NCBI GenBank assembly: GCA_963665115.1
Contig: OY762007.1
Coordinates: 5,504,001-5,568,000, forward strand
DNA length: 64,000 bases
Source of the DNA: an uncultured Rivularia sp.
GTDB taxonomy: Bacteria; Cyanobacteriota; Cyanobacteriia; Cyanobacteriales; Nostocaceae
Direction of reading: 5' to 3'
Part shown: one piece after another, positions 1 through 10,432 of the stretch
How the letters are laid out: each line of letters starts with the position of its first letter
Position numbering within the stretch: position 1 is the stretch's first letter
The notes under the pieces: model-generated
Databases searched by the model: none
The model's input: the letters and a program-made list of their open reading frames with translations, nothing else
What the model was told of the DNA's origin: nothing
Position numbers and translations under genes: made by a program

Positions 1-237
1 TACAGCTATTTGATGACCAAAGTTACGAGCTAAACTGATGTATTTAACACGATAATCGCGTTCGTAAATTTGACGCATTAAATTCAAAGAATTATCCCGA
101 CTACCATCGTCGATAAAAATTACTTCTGCCTCACCATCAACTTGCTCAATAACACTTTGCAAGCGATGGTAAAGTTCGGGAATATTTTCTTCCTCGTTAT
201 AAATTGGGATAATTATAGAAACTGTTGGTTGAGTCAT
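1..237 (-). CDS. GT2 polyprenyl-phosphate glycosyltransferase (GtrB/YkcC-like), 5' part; runs off the window edge
   Basis: Manual translation from ATG at 237: MTQPTVSIIIPIYNEEENIPELY...IFIDDGSRDNS...YISLARNFGHQIA. These are classic GT2 motifs. The ORF is not in the ORF track. Confidence 0.9.
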   Translation of the reverse strand, partial: MTQPTVSIIIPIYNEEENIPELYHRLQSVIEQVDGEAEVIFIDDGSRDNSLNLMRQIYERDYRVKYISLARNFGHQIAV

Positions 238-268
238 CTTGAGTCAATTATCAATTACCAATTATCAA

Positions 269-1012
269 TTATCGGTTTGGTTTTTGTGCTAAGAGTAAAA
301 CCGATACGCCGAATGGTAGTGAAAGTCTATTCATAAAGTAACGTTCGCTGGCAAATAACCATTTTAAAATTTGATTAACTGGTTTTGATGGTACTACTAA
401 ATCGCTGCTGAGTTGATTTGTGTTCTGTTTTGGTAACAGTTTGGCTAAAATACGCACTATTGCAACTAGGGGAAATAAAACAGTATTAAAATAACTACCG
501 TAATTTAGTTCATAGCCTGCTTGTTTTACTACCTTTTTCAAACTTTTTAATCGATAGCGGCGCTTATGATGGTTTATTTCATCGTGTTCGCTCCATAAAA
601 ACATATATGCTGGAACTGTTACTAATAAATAACCTCCTGGCTTCAGTTTATAATACAAAGCTTCGAGTGCTGATAAATCATTATCAAGATGTTCTATGAC
701 ATCCAGTATTAAGATTAAGTCATACTGCGAATTGAAAGGAATATTATCGGGTAAACTACCTCGTTTAACTTGAGTTACTTGTCGTTGATTGGCAAGCTCA
801 CAAGCAATTTGATCTAATTCCATTGCCGAAACTTTACCGTAACGAGATAACATTTGTAAGTTACCACCAGTACCGCAACCTGCTTCTAAGATTTGAGCAT
901 TTGTTGGTAAACTTAATCTACAAATTACTTTTTGCAATATTTGACGACGTGCTACAAACCACCAGTGTTTATCTTCTACAGATGCGTATTGTAGGTAAAA
1001 ATCTTTTTCCAT
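269..1012 (-). CDS. Class I SAM-dependent methyltransferase
   Basis: ILEAGCGTG motif I, DVIEHL, LKPGG; N-terminal HWWF typical of methyltransferases found beside GtrB-like genes. Confidence 0.9.
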   Translation of the reverse strand: MEKDFYLQYASVEDKHWWFVARRQILQKVICRLSLPTNAQILEAGCGTGGNLQMLSRYGKVSAMELDQIACELANQRQVTQVKRGSLPDNIPFNSQYDLILILDVIEHLDNDLSALEALYYKLKPGGYLLVTVPAYMFLWSEHDEINHHKRRYRLKSLKKVVKQAGYELNYGSYFNTVLFPLVAIVRILAKLLPKQNTNQLSSDLVVPSKPVNQILKWLFASERYFMNRLSLPFGVSVLLLAQKPNR

Positions 1013-1174
1013 AAGTTTTTATAGAAATTAGGGAGTAGGGAGTAGGCTATAGGGAAGAGGGAATGGAGAATGGGGAATTATCGCGATTGCAAATAAAACA
1101 CAGATGGTTTGTATTGCGTTAACTTAGTGCAAGCATCTTGCGAGCAAGTAGCAAGCGAGTAATATATACCGCTT

Positions 1175-1390
1175 CATCTTGCACCATTCTCCTTAAGCTT
1201 TCACAACCACCTTGTAAGCCGGAGGCTTTCTAGCCCGCACGCTCCGCGTGAACGCAGAGAAATTAATTTCAAGGCTAATATACAAAGTACGTTAAAACGT
1301 ACTGGAACCTTTACCTAATCTGATTTATCAGACTTAGTTTTTGAGCCTGGGAATTTATTCCAAGGCGGTTATTGCAACTGGTGCAAAATG
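1175..1390. mobile_element. MITE-like element with 12-bp terminal inverted repeats
   Basis: CATCTTGCACCA (1175-1186) and TGGTGCAAAATG (1379-1390) match at 11/12 positions as an inverted repeat; the interior is non-coding with short palindromes. Confidence 0.55.
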
Positions 1391-1451
1391 TCAGTTAAAA
1401 CGTACTAAAAGCCTATGGCTTACGCTAAGCTGCGCTAACGCACTATGGAAA

Positions 1452-2870
1452 TTAATTAGAATCACTATATTCACGGTTTCCTATTTCCTTTTTTTTATTT
1501 TTATTAACAAACAAATAAACCTCATCTCGTTGTTTTACTATCTCAAATAATTGATTATTTTTAAGTTTATTTACTAAATTAGCAGCAAATTCTGGATTGC
1601 GAGAACCATCTGGATGACGTACATTTAAGAGAATATATTGAAATTTAGTTAAATCTGGAATTCCACCGCTCAAATCATCTACAAATTGAATTTTTGAACG
1701 ATGACTTAAATGAGGGTAAATACTGTGGGTAGTCAAAACAGCTTCTTTGGTTTCAACTTGCGCTATAGCTTCTTGCGTTGCTTGCCAAGTATCGATGCTT
1801 CTGAGATAGCGCGACCAAAAAAAGCCATATTTTCCTAATGCTAAAAAAGCCACTAACGCCCAGATCAAAATAGTTCTTGGGTTCCGCAGCCAAGATTTAT
1901 TTGCAGCAAGACTGGAAATTAAGGCTAAAATTAAAAACGGTAAAATAGGTAAAGAATACTGGTGAATTAAATCTCGTTGCTCTGGTTTTTGGGAAAGAAT
2001 ATTTATTACCAATGTAGGAATAGCACTCATTAAAGGTACTAGATGCTTTGGTGTTAGTCCCCAAATTACAGGTGCTATTAATAATGCTAAATACCCAAAA
2101 GTAGCTGGTGAAAAAACTTTTCCTAATATTAATTCCGGTTTTAAAAATAAATTAGCGACAATATCTAAAACCGAATCACCCAGATAGCTATAACGAGCAA
2201 CTGCTGCTGCTTCACTATTACTAAAAGTCGGGATAATTAATTGAGTTGCAATCAAAAACCACGAACATCCCGCAATTAAAGCGAAGACACCATATGCCCG
2301 CCGTTTTTCAAATATCAGCAGCCAAAAACCCATCGCCGCTACCGTTAAAGATAACACCGCTTTACAACCCAAAATAAAAATAGTTCCCGCACAAAAACAC
2401 ATAAATTTGTGCGATCGCGCAGCTAAAACTACACCCAAAAATACCGGAATAGCCATCACTTCCGGATGGAATTCAAACAAATTTACGTTAAAAATCAGCG
2501 GGTACAGTAAATAAACTGCCGACATTGTTACAGCTTGATTTTCTTGGAGTGAAGCTTGCTTTGCGAGATAATAAGTTGGAATAGCACCCAAAGCCAAAGA
2601 AACAGCTTGTACCGCTAACAACCAGTAAGCACTAGGGTAAATTTTGTAAAGCAAAGCTAAAGGATAAACAGCCCAAGCTGCATGATTACCCATATGATGA
2701 AAACCTAAAATCGACGAAATAGGCGGTTTTCCTTGACTCATCAGGTAAACAACTTGATCGTAAATTCCTAAATCAAAAGCCCCCGACTGAAACAGCAAGT
2801 GTCTTAAACCGCTACAAACAAATAGCAACATTGCCGCAACAGCACTTAGATTAATAATTTTTGTTTTCAC
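1452..2870 (-). CDS. DUF2079 family integral membrane protein (GT-C-like)
   Basis: FDLGIYDQ, GFHHMGNH and FEFHPE motifs; many TM segments. Confidence 0.85.
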   Translation of the reverse strand: MKTKIINLSAVAAMLLFVCSGLRHLLFQSGAFDLGIYDQVVYLMSQGKPPISSILGFHHMGNHAAWAVYPLALLYKIYPSAYWLLAVQAVSLALGAIPTYYLAKQASLQENQAVTMSAVYLLYPLIFNVNLFEFHPEVMAIPVFLGVVLAARSHKFMCFCAGTIFILGCKAVLSLTVAAMGFWLLIFEKRRAYGVFALIAGCSWFLIATQLIIPTFSNSEAAAVARYSYLGDSVLDIVANLFLKPELILGKVFSPATFGYLALLIAPVIWGLTPKHLVPLMSAIPTLVINILSQKPEQRDLIHQYSLPILPFLILALISSLAANKSWLRNPRTILIWALVAFLALGKYGFFWSRYLRSIDTWQATQEAIAQVETKEAVLTTHSIYPHLSHRSKIQFVDDLSGGIPDLTKFQYILLNVRHPDGSRNPEFAANLVNKLKNNQLFEIVKQRDEVYLFVNKNKKKEIGNREYSDSN

Positions 2871-2913
2871 CAGAGTTTTATATATTGGGCATTGGGTATT
2901 GGGGGTAGAGGGA

Positions 2914-2976
2914 GAAGAGGGGGAAGAGGGGGAAGAGGGGGAAGAGGGGGAAGAGGGGGAAGAGGGGGGAGAGGGG
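2914..2976. repeat. Tandem 9-mer (GAAGAGGGG)n with flanking STRR-type heptamers
   Basis: Six perfect GAAGAGGGG units from 2914 plus a variant; a complementary C-rich tract lies at ~3090-3120. Confidence 0.9.
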
Positions 2977-3052
2977 ACAAGGGGACAAGGAGAAATTTAA
3001 AACCCCTTACTACTTACTACTTACTACTCACTACTAACTCCCAACTCCTAAC

Positions 3053-3077
3053 AGACGTAGCACTGCTACGTCTCTAC
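3053..3077. repeat. REP-like palindrome, family B (GTAGAGACGTAGCANTGCTACGTCT)
   Basis: AGACGTAGCA-C-TGCTACGTCT-CTAC; further copies at 41453-41479 and 45398-45428. Confidence 0.8.
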
Positions 3078-3119
3078 ACTCTTAACTTCTCCTTGTCCCC
3101 TTCCCCATCTCCCCATCCC

Positions 3120-4401
3120 TTAACCAACCCACAATTCTTGGGCGAATCTGATGGAAAAGGTTGTGAGTAAAATTGCGAAGAAGCCCATAGTTAAATATCC
3201 CCAGCGCGGATGACGGGATAGGAATACACCGAAGGCGATGCTAATCGACACAATACCGTAAACGATGCGACTTAGCGACCAAGTTCCTCCGGAAGCTAAA
3301 ACTAATGCCAAACCACATAAACCATAGGTTGCGGTAACGGGACTCAATTCGTTACGTAGTTTCCATATTAAGTAAGCGCTACCTACAACTGATACAGTGT
3401 TAATTAAAGGGTCGCCAGCTACTAGCCACCAAGTTAAAATTAAAGCCGCAAAACCATAGTCAACTTTGGCTTCACCTATCTTTTTACGAAAGCGCCACAA
3501 TAAGTAACCAAGAACGACAATTAAGCCAAATAATAGCGGTATTACGGGATCTTTTATTCCTCCGTGTTTCCAATTTTCAGTTCCGATAGTTATTTGCATC
3601 AGCATTTTCCACCAGTTTTGCCAATCAAACCCCAAGGATTCGCGCCATCCTTTCTGTGCTTCAACAAAGGCTAATGGTTCGTTAAACGTAACCTTACAAT
3701 ACAGACTAAATAAAAGCACTCCTGCCGCCGTAGATAAACCGGAAATGTAGGCAATGGGTGGTTTGCGCTGCTTCCAAGATGCAATTATTAAAGCTGGAAT
3801 CAATGCTAAACCTGTAGGGCGGGTTGCAGTTGCCAATGCGCCGAATACAGCAGTCAAACCATATCGACTTTTGTCAAAAGCCTGCATCGCCGCAGCACTT
3901 AAAAATAAATACAAACCTTCAGTATAAATAACCCCTGCAAACATTGACGGCGGGACACCAAGCTAATACAGCGGTAGCCCATCGTGCTTCATTCTCGCTA
4001 CGGTAGGACTTTACCCAAAAATATACGCAGTAAATTGCTCCTAAAAATGCTAAATTGTTTACCAGCAATCCAGCAAATTTAAAGGAAAACCCTAAATTCA
4101 TTAACAGCTTGATAATCAAGGTAAACAAAGGGAAAAACGCCACATTATGCATTTTTCCATCATTAATAAACTCATATCCAGTGGTAACTATTTTTTGATA
4201 CTCTTTACTGTCCCAAGCATGAAATACATCTAAACTAAACGTAGCTTCAATTCCTCCGGGTGGTGCTTGCAATAAAGGCGCAATCCCTAACATGACAATC
4301 CAAATTAACAAGCGACTGCCAAACCACATTGCAGCAGGAAATAATAATTCGTTTATATTTGAATCTTTCTTCTTTTTTCTAAGTAACTCAGCTTGCGTCA
4401 T
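3120..4401 (-). CDS. PIG-V-like mannosyltransferase family (GT-C); split by an apparent frameshift at ~3952
   Basis: The N-part (3919-4401) has AWDS..Y..I...GY and NVAFFPLF. The C-part (3120-3944) has YTEGLYL and ATRPTG. Removing one base from the GGG at 3952-3954 gives a continuous WCPPSMFAGVIYTEG. Confidence 0.8.
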
Positions 4402-4922
4402 AGAGAAGGAGTATGGAATAGCACTGTTTTTTTGCGATTAAATTTATATATTTACGGACAGTTTTAATAAATGTCAATTTTATTTTTATGAGTTTGTTGA
4501 ATAAATAAATTAGTTTAAATAACTATACAATTTTTTAGATAAGAGCAAGTGGCCAAGTATATAAGTATACGTAATATAAAAATTTTGCAAATCGCAGGCA
4601 ATTTACTAGCTTTCTTGTGGTAAAATCCATCGATAACGAAGGTTTGATTGGCGACTAGTAAGGAGACGAGAGCGTATAAGTCTTAGACTGTTAGACTCCG
4701 TGCTTAATACTAAACGCTGACTTTTGCTAGTACTACCATTCAGAAAATTTTGAATTTAAAACTAAAAACCAAAAAAGCAGTTTATATTTAGTCGTTCCAA
4801 TTAATTGGCAAGGGTGCGAGCCGAAAAGCTCCTTAGTTACCAGGGAACAAGATAGTCCAATTGGTAATCATCTGTTTTTTCCGCAGAAATGGCTATAAAT
4901 AAAAAATAAGTAAAACCAGTTT

Positions 4923-5891
4923 ATGACAAAATTGATTATTCAAATTCCCTGTTATAACGAAGAAGCGACATTAGGGACTACACTTTCAGAGTTACCGAAG
5001 CAAATATATGGCGTTGATTCTATAGAATTTTTAGTAATTGATGATGGTAGTAAAGATAGAACTGTAGAAGTTGCCAAAGCTTTCGGTGTAGAGCATATTG
5101 TTAGCTTGCCGCATAATCAAGGTCTTGCAAAAGCTTTTATGGCAGGTTTAGAAGCTTCTTTAAAAGCAGGAGCCGACATTATTGTTAATACCGATGCAGA
5201 TAATCAATACTGCGCTGACGATATTTCTAAACTTATAGAACCAATTATTTATAGACAAGCAGATATTGTAGTTGGTGCCAGACCAATTTGGAAAACAAAA
5301 CACTTTTCCTTAATAAAAAAGCTGCTACAAAAATTTGGTAGTTGGGTAGTTCGTCGTGCCAGCAACACTAATATTCCCGATGCTCCCAGCGGTTTTCGTG
5401 CATTTAATCGCGAAGCAGCTTTAAGATTTAACGTATTTAATCAATATACATATACTTTAGAAACAATTATTCAAGCCGGACAAAAAGGTATGAAAATTGT
5501 TTCCATACCGATTAGAACAAACTTTGTAGTTCGTCCATCACGTTTAGTTAAAAGTAACCTTTCTTATGTAGTGCGATCGCTCTTTACGATTCTTCGCATT
5601 TTCATGCTGTACAGGCCATTGCGTTTTTTCTTCATTTCAGGTAGCCTTCCATTCAGTCTAGGAGTCATGCTAGGCATACGCTGGCTAACATTTTTCTTCA
5701 TGGGAACCGAACGTACTCGCATCCCCAGCTTGATTCTCGCAGCAATTTTAATATTGATCGGTTTTCAACTATGGATGTTCGGTTTAGTAGCAGATTTAAT
5801 GGCAGCAAATCGTCAATTACTAGAAGACACTCAATTACGAATGCGTCGTCAGGAAATGGAAGGAGGAAAAACAGTGAGCAGTTATCAGTGA
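4923..5891 (+). CDS. GT2 glycosyltransferase (polyprenyl-phosphate sugar synthase-like) with C-terminal TM pair
   Basis: QIPCYNEE, VIDDGS, NTDADNQY (DxD) and DAPSGFRA motifs; two C-terminal TM helices. Confidence 0.9.
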   Translation: MTKLIIQIPCYNEEATLGTTLSELPKQIYGVDSIEFLVIDDGSKDRTVEVAKAFGVEHIVSLPHNQGLAKAFMAGLEASLKAGADIIVNTDADNQYCADDISKLIEPIIYRQADIVVGARPIWKTKHFSLIKKLLQKFGSWVVRRASNTNIPDAPSGFRAFNREAALRFNVFNQYTYTLETIIQAGQKGMKIVSIPIRTNFVVRPSRLVKSNLSYVVRSLFTILRIFMLYRPLRFFFISGSLPFSLGVMLGIRWLTFFFMGTERTRIPSLILAAILILIGFQLWMFGLVADLMAANRQLLEDTQLRMRRQEMEGGKTVSSYQ

Positions 5892-5904
5892 ACAGCGAGC
5901 AGTT

Positions 5905-6040
5905 AGGAGTTAGAGGTTAGGAGTTAGGAGTTAAGAGTTAAGAATATTGAGTTAAAAGTTAAGAATCTTCTACCCCTTCTACCCCCTCTACCCCTTCTAC
6001 CCCCTCTCCCCATCTCCCCATCTCCCCATCCCCAATGCCC
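5905..6040. repeat. STRR heptamer/low-complexity repeats
   Basis: GGAGTTA-type units followed by CTACCCCT and CCCCATCT units. Confidence 0.75.
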
Positions 6041-6041
6041 A

Positions 6042-7688
6042 ATGCCGAACAAAGACTTATTCGCAATTGAAGCTTTAGCTCAAATCCCTAAGATATTAAC
6101 TTTATTAGATCGCAACCCCCACAGCCCAACTTATGGTTGCTTCGATCGTAATTTTTGGCATTACAAAATCATTGATTTTCCTAGTGGGATGGCGCAGGAA
6201 TTTGTATTTCCTTTAGCTTTAATTTACGATACTGATGTGCCAAATAATCCGTTTTATCATCAGCCTGCGATTAAAGATTGGGTGGAAGCGGGGATTTGTT
6301 ATGCAGCTCGCAGCGCTCATAAAGATGGTTCATGCGATGATTATTTTCCTTTTGAACGAGCTTCGGGGGCTGCTGCTTTTTCTCTGTTAGCTTGTATTGA
6401 AAGCTATATACTTTTAGATTTAAAATCTAATTTAGAAAGTAATTTAGAAAATAAACAATTAGATAATCAAGCTATTTTAAACTTTTTTACTAAACGTGCA
6501 GACTGGTTGGCAGAGCATCATGAAAGCGGACGGTTAACCAATCATCAAGCGTTAATTGTTTTATGTTTGGAAAGATTATCGCAACTTTTAAAAACTCCTC
6601 GATGGGATAAAGCGAAAGTACAGCGTTTGGAACGTGTTTTATCTTGGCAAAATGATGAAGGCTGGTTTATTGAATATGAAGGCTGCGACCCAGGATATCA
6701 TACTTTAACTATTTCTTGTTTGGCACGAATTTATCAGTTAAATCCAGATATACGCATCAAAGAAGCATTAATTAAAGCTGTAAATTTAGCTGCCGAATTT
6801 GTACATCCCGATGGTTCCTATGGTGGGGAATATACCAGCCGCAACACCTATAACTTTTTTCCCTACGGTTTTGAATTAGTTGGGGAATGGATGCCGGAAG
6901 CGCTACAAATTAATCAGCGTTTTTTACAGGGTTTAGCGAATGGATTATCTCCCTGTTACGCTGACGACCATATTATTGGACATCATACATGGAATTATCT
7001 GTTAGCTTGGCGGAATTTTGTAGAAAAAAGACCATCAGTAAATATCTCTCAAAATCAATCTCAAAAATATCGGATTTGGTTACAAAATGCCAAAATATTA
7101 ATCGATCGCCGCGAACATACACAGTTATATTTAGCATTAAATAAAGGCGGGGTTTTCAAGTTATTTCGGGATAATAAATTAGTCGTTGCCGATACGCAAA
7201 TTTCTTTACAGGTACGAGATCAAGGCAAAATAAAAAATGCGGTAGGACATTTAGTCGCACCTTACAGAATAAATATTAACGATGACGAGATTACTGTCAG
7301 CGGGAATCTAGGGTGGGCAAAACAAAAACAAATGACACCAATCAATTTACTTATTTTAAGAGTTGTGATGTTAACTGTGGGGAGATTCTTTCCCGATTTA
7401 ATTCGCAAGCTATTACAAAGGGTTTTAATTGTTGGTAAAAACGATGCTCCTTTTCAATTTACTCGGAGATTCTTCTGGCAAGATGGAAAATGGCATATTG
7501 TCGATAAACTGGAAGCGAAAACTTGGGATAACGTGATTTCTGCGGGTATTGGCTGCGATCAAACTTCTATTTATGTTGTGATGAGTCGTACATTCCAAAA
7601 AAGTCAATTACAACCTTGGCTAGATTTAACAGACGAAGTTAAAAAACTCGCTGCTTCTCAACCATTAAAAATCGAGCGCAAATTATAA
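6042..7688 (+). CDS. Hypothetical protein, probable (alpha/alpha)-toroid sugar-modifying enzyme (lyase/epimerase-like)
   Basis: 548 aa, in an operon with a GT2 and a flippase. Motifs GRLTNHQAL, WQNDEGWFIEYEGCDPGYH and HPDGSYGGEY resemble heparinase/AglQ-like toroids (inference). Confidence 0.65.
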   Translation: MPNKDLFAIEALAQIPKILTLLDRNPHSPTYGCFDRNFWHYKIIDFPSGMAQEFVFPLALIYDTDVPNNPFYHQPAIKDWVEAGICYAARSAHKDGSCDDYFPFERASGAAAFSLLACIESYILLDLKSNLESNLENKQLDNQAILNFFTKRADWLAEHHESGRLTNHQALIVLCLERLSQLLKTPRWDKAKVQRLERVLSWQNDEGWFIEYEGCDPGYHTLTISCLARIYQLNPDIRIKEALIKAVNLAAEFVHPDGSYGGEYTSRNTYNFFPYGFELVGEWMPEALQINQRFLQGLANGLSPCYADDHIIGHHTWNYLLAWRNFVEKRPSVNISQNQSQKYRIWLQNAKILIDRREHTQLYLALNKGGVFKLFRDNKLVVADTQISLQVRDQGKIKNAVGHLVAPYRININDDEITVSGNLGWAKQKQMTPINLLILRVVMLTVGRFFPDLIRKLLQRVLIVGKNDAPFQFTRRFFWQDGKWHIVDKLEAKTWDNVISAGIGCDQTSIYVVMSRTFQKSQLQPWLDLTDEVKKLAASQPLKIERKL

Positions 7689-7700
7689 AAATATTAAAAT

Positions 7701-8651
7701 ATGAAAAAGCTGATTTCTATCGCTGTTAGTTTAACAATTTTGATAATAATTTACTGGAAAATAGATTTTCCTAGATTGATAGAAGTATTTCAAAATAGCG
7801 ATAAACTTTGGATGGTAATTAGTTTGGGGATGGTTGTACCCTTAACAATGCTAACAGCTTGGCGCTTGCAACAGCTTACTCCGAGTCGTACCCGTTTGGG
7901 ATTTGGTGAAGCAAACCATTTGATTTTAACAGCTAGCGTATTAAATATGGTATTGCCCTCAAAAATGGGTGATATAGTAAAAGCTTATTTTATTAAAGAA
8001 AGAGGACATTTAGAAGGTTCGCTGTCTTTATCTTTGGTAGTATTTGAAAAAGCCTGCGATATGCTATCGCTGTTGCTATGGTGTGCCTTTGGATTAACGC
8101 TTTACCCTCAAAAAGATTGGCTGTTCTGGATAATGACAGCTAGCGTTGTTTTTGGTTTAATTATCGGAATATTATTAATTGCTTCTCGTCAGTTTGCTAA
8201 TTTGATATTTCAGTTTACGGGTAGAATTGCACCTCAAAAAATAAGCTTAAAAATAGGCAAACTGCGCGATTCTTGGAGCGAAATGCATAAATATTTTTGG
8301 AAAGACAAACGGCATCTTTTAAAAATTACTTTGACTTCAGTTATTATTTGGTTCGGACATTTATTACAAATATGGTTTTTCACCCTTGCCCTAAAAGCTT
8401 GGGTTCCTTTCTTAACACATTTAGCATTAGCGCCTCTGGCAATTTTAGCGGGTTTACTACCACTTACTTTTGCTGGAGTTGGAACAAGAGATGCTGCTTT
8501 GATTGCTTTTTATCAGCCATATTTAAATGCTCCCACCGCTGCGGCTTTAGGTTTACTCTGTACTTCCCGATATTTACTACCAGCCCTGGGAGGACTTCCT
8601 TTTCTGGGCAAATATTTAACTACAATCAAAAAAATGCGCGGTCAGAATTAA
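7701..8651 (+). CDS. Lysylphosphatidylglycerol synthase TM-region / UPF0104 flippase-like protein
   Basis: AWRLQ, NMVLPSKMGDIVK, EKACD and LPLTFAGVGTRDAA motifs; multi-TM. Confidence 0.9.
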   Translation: MKKLISIAVSLTILIIIYWKIDFPRLIEVFQNSDKLWMVISLGMVVPLTMLTAWRLQQLTPSRTRLGFGEANHLILTASVLNMVLPSKMGDIVKAYFIKERGHLEGSLSLSLVVFEKACDMLSLLLWCAFGLTLYPQKDWLFWIMTASVVFGLIIGILLIASRQFANLIFQFTGRIAPQKISLKIGKLRDSWSEMHKYFWKDKRHLLKITLTSVIIWFGHLLQIWFFTLALKAWVPFLTHLALAPLAILAGLLPLTFAGVGTRDAALIAFYQPYLNAPTAAALGLLCTSRYLLPALGGLPFLGKYLTTIKKMRGQN

Positions 8652-8741
8652 AAGGGAGTAGAGAGTAGAGAGTTGGGAATTGGGAATTAGGAATAGAAGA
8701 GATAATAATTATTAAATTAATATCATATAAAACTAGAAACT

Positions 8742-10304
8742 ATGCAGCAAAATATATTAGTTAACTCACATCAAAACAGTAAACCCAATCAAAAATATCT
8801 GAATTTATTTTCTCCTCAAAAACTGTCTTGGATTATTATTAGTTTTGGTATTGCAATCAGACTTGTACAATATTTCTACAATCGTTCTTTGTGGGCTGAT
8901 GAAGCAGTGTTAGCACTAAATATTGTTAATCGTTCTTACTTAGAGCTATTACAACCTTTAGATTACGATCAAGGAGCGCCTTTTGGATTTCTGATAGTTG
9001 AGAAACTAGCAATTCAAATTTTTGGTAATAATGAATATGCTTTGAGATTATTTCCTTTACTGTCGGGAATTATTTCTTTCTTTCTGCTTTATCGATTGGC
9101 GAAAATATTCCTTCGCGGATATGCAGTTCCCATAGCTTTAGCCTTTTTTGCTAGCTTGAATCAATTAATTTACTATGCAACTGAATTAAAACAGTATTCA
9201 AGCGATGTCGCTATTGCATTATTTGGGTGCTTGCTGGTAACAGAGATTTTTAGAAAAAGACTGAGCATTAAAAAAGTAATATTGTTCTCTGTCTTAGGAG
9301 CATTAACTATTTGGTTTTCCCATCCAGCTATTTTTGTATTAGCTGGTTTTGGAGCTAGTTACTTGGTAATTGATGTTTTTCAACTAAGAAATAAAAATTA
9401 TCAAAGCAATCAAATATTTAAAGTTTTACTTATATATTCATCTTGGTTAATCAGCTTTGCACTATTTTATTTTGTTTCCATACAAAGTTTAAATAAAAAT
9501 GACACATTAATGACATCTTGGAAAAATGCTTTTCCTTCTTCTGTTTTTGATATCATTTGGCTATTTGATGCCTTTGGTAAGTTTTTCTACGATCCATTAG
9601 GTTTTAAAGGAATAATGGATGGAGTTGCCATTTTAGCCTTTGTAATTGGTTGTATATCGTTATTTTACCGACAAAAATCAAAACTTTTAATTATACTTTC
9701 TCCATTAATTGTCACGTTTGTCGCTGCTTATTTACAAAAGTATCCATTTGGCGGACGTTTGGTTTTATTCCTGACTCCTTTTTTCATTTTGTTAATTGCA
9801 GAAGGAATAGAATGTTTGATCAGAAAAACTCGTTCAAAACTTGCATTCATAGCCGGAATCATACTTTTAATATCGTTAATTTTTCAACCTATAAGCAAAG
9901 CTAGTAATCTTTTAGTAAATCCACATTGGAATGAAGAAATTAAGCTAGTACTTAATTATGTAAAATCTAACGAGCAACCTTCAGATATTTTATATATTTT
10001 TCAAAGAGGGCACTATCAGTTTTTGTATTATGCAGATAAATATGGTTATCAACAAGGAGATTATATTATTGGAGTAGACGATCTAGATAAGTATGATGGC
10101 AGAAATTTATCAGATAACGAACGCAAAAGATATGAAAACGATTTAAACCAGCTTCGTGGGAATAAACGAGTATGGGTAATATTTTCTCACTCTCATGTAG
10201 GTGCTGAGAATACAATGATGAAGTCTTATTTAGATCAAATAGGCAAGCAAATTGATTACTTTAAAAGTTCTGGCGCATTCGTTTATTTATACGATTTATC
10301 TTAA
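8742..10304 (+). CDS. GT-C glycosyltransferase (GT39/PMT_2/ArnT-like)
   Basis: RSLWADEA in the first loop, ALRLFPLL, YATELKQYS; many TM segments. Confidence 0.85.
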   Translation: MQQNILVNSHQNSKPNQKYLNLFSPQKLSWIIISFGIAIRLVQYFYNRSLWADEAVLALNIVNRSYLELLQPLDYDQGAPFGFLIVEKLAIQIFGNNEYALRLFPLLSGIISFFLLYRLAKIFLRGYAVPIALAFFASLNQLIYYATELKQYSSDVAIALFGCLLVTEIFRKRLSIKKVILFSVLGALTIWFSHPAIFVLAGFGASYLVIDVFQLRNKNYQSNQIFKVLLIYSSWLISFALFYFVSIQSLNKNDTLMTSWKNAFPSSVFDIIWLFDAFGKFFYDPLGFKGIMDGVAILAFVIGCISLFYRQKSKLLIILSPLIVTFVAAYLQKYPFGGRLVLFLTPFFILLIAEGIECLIRKTRSKLAFIAGIILLISLIFQPISKASNLLVNPHWNEEIKLVLNYVKSNEQPSDILYIFQRGHYQFLYYADKYGYQQGDYIIGVDDLDKYDGRNLSDNERKRYENDLNQLRGNKRVWVIFSHSHVGAENTMMKSYLDQIGKQIDYFKSSGAFVYLYDLS

Positions 10305-10432
10305 GTTTTAAAAACGGAAAAGGAGCAAAAATGCTCGCACTATGATACATTTATTTATTGTTCTTTGAATTTAATTTATAACTAGTTTTATATAAATAAA
10401 ATCTGATTTATATACAGAAAGAAGGCTGTTTA

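Noticed and set aside
2892..3170. 92-aa ORF with RGG repeats
   Set aside because: It is a translation of the (GAAGAGGGG)n tandem repeat, STRRs and a REP, and overlaps a real gene on the other strand.
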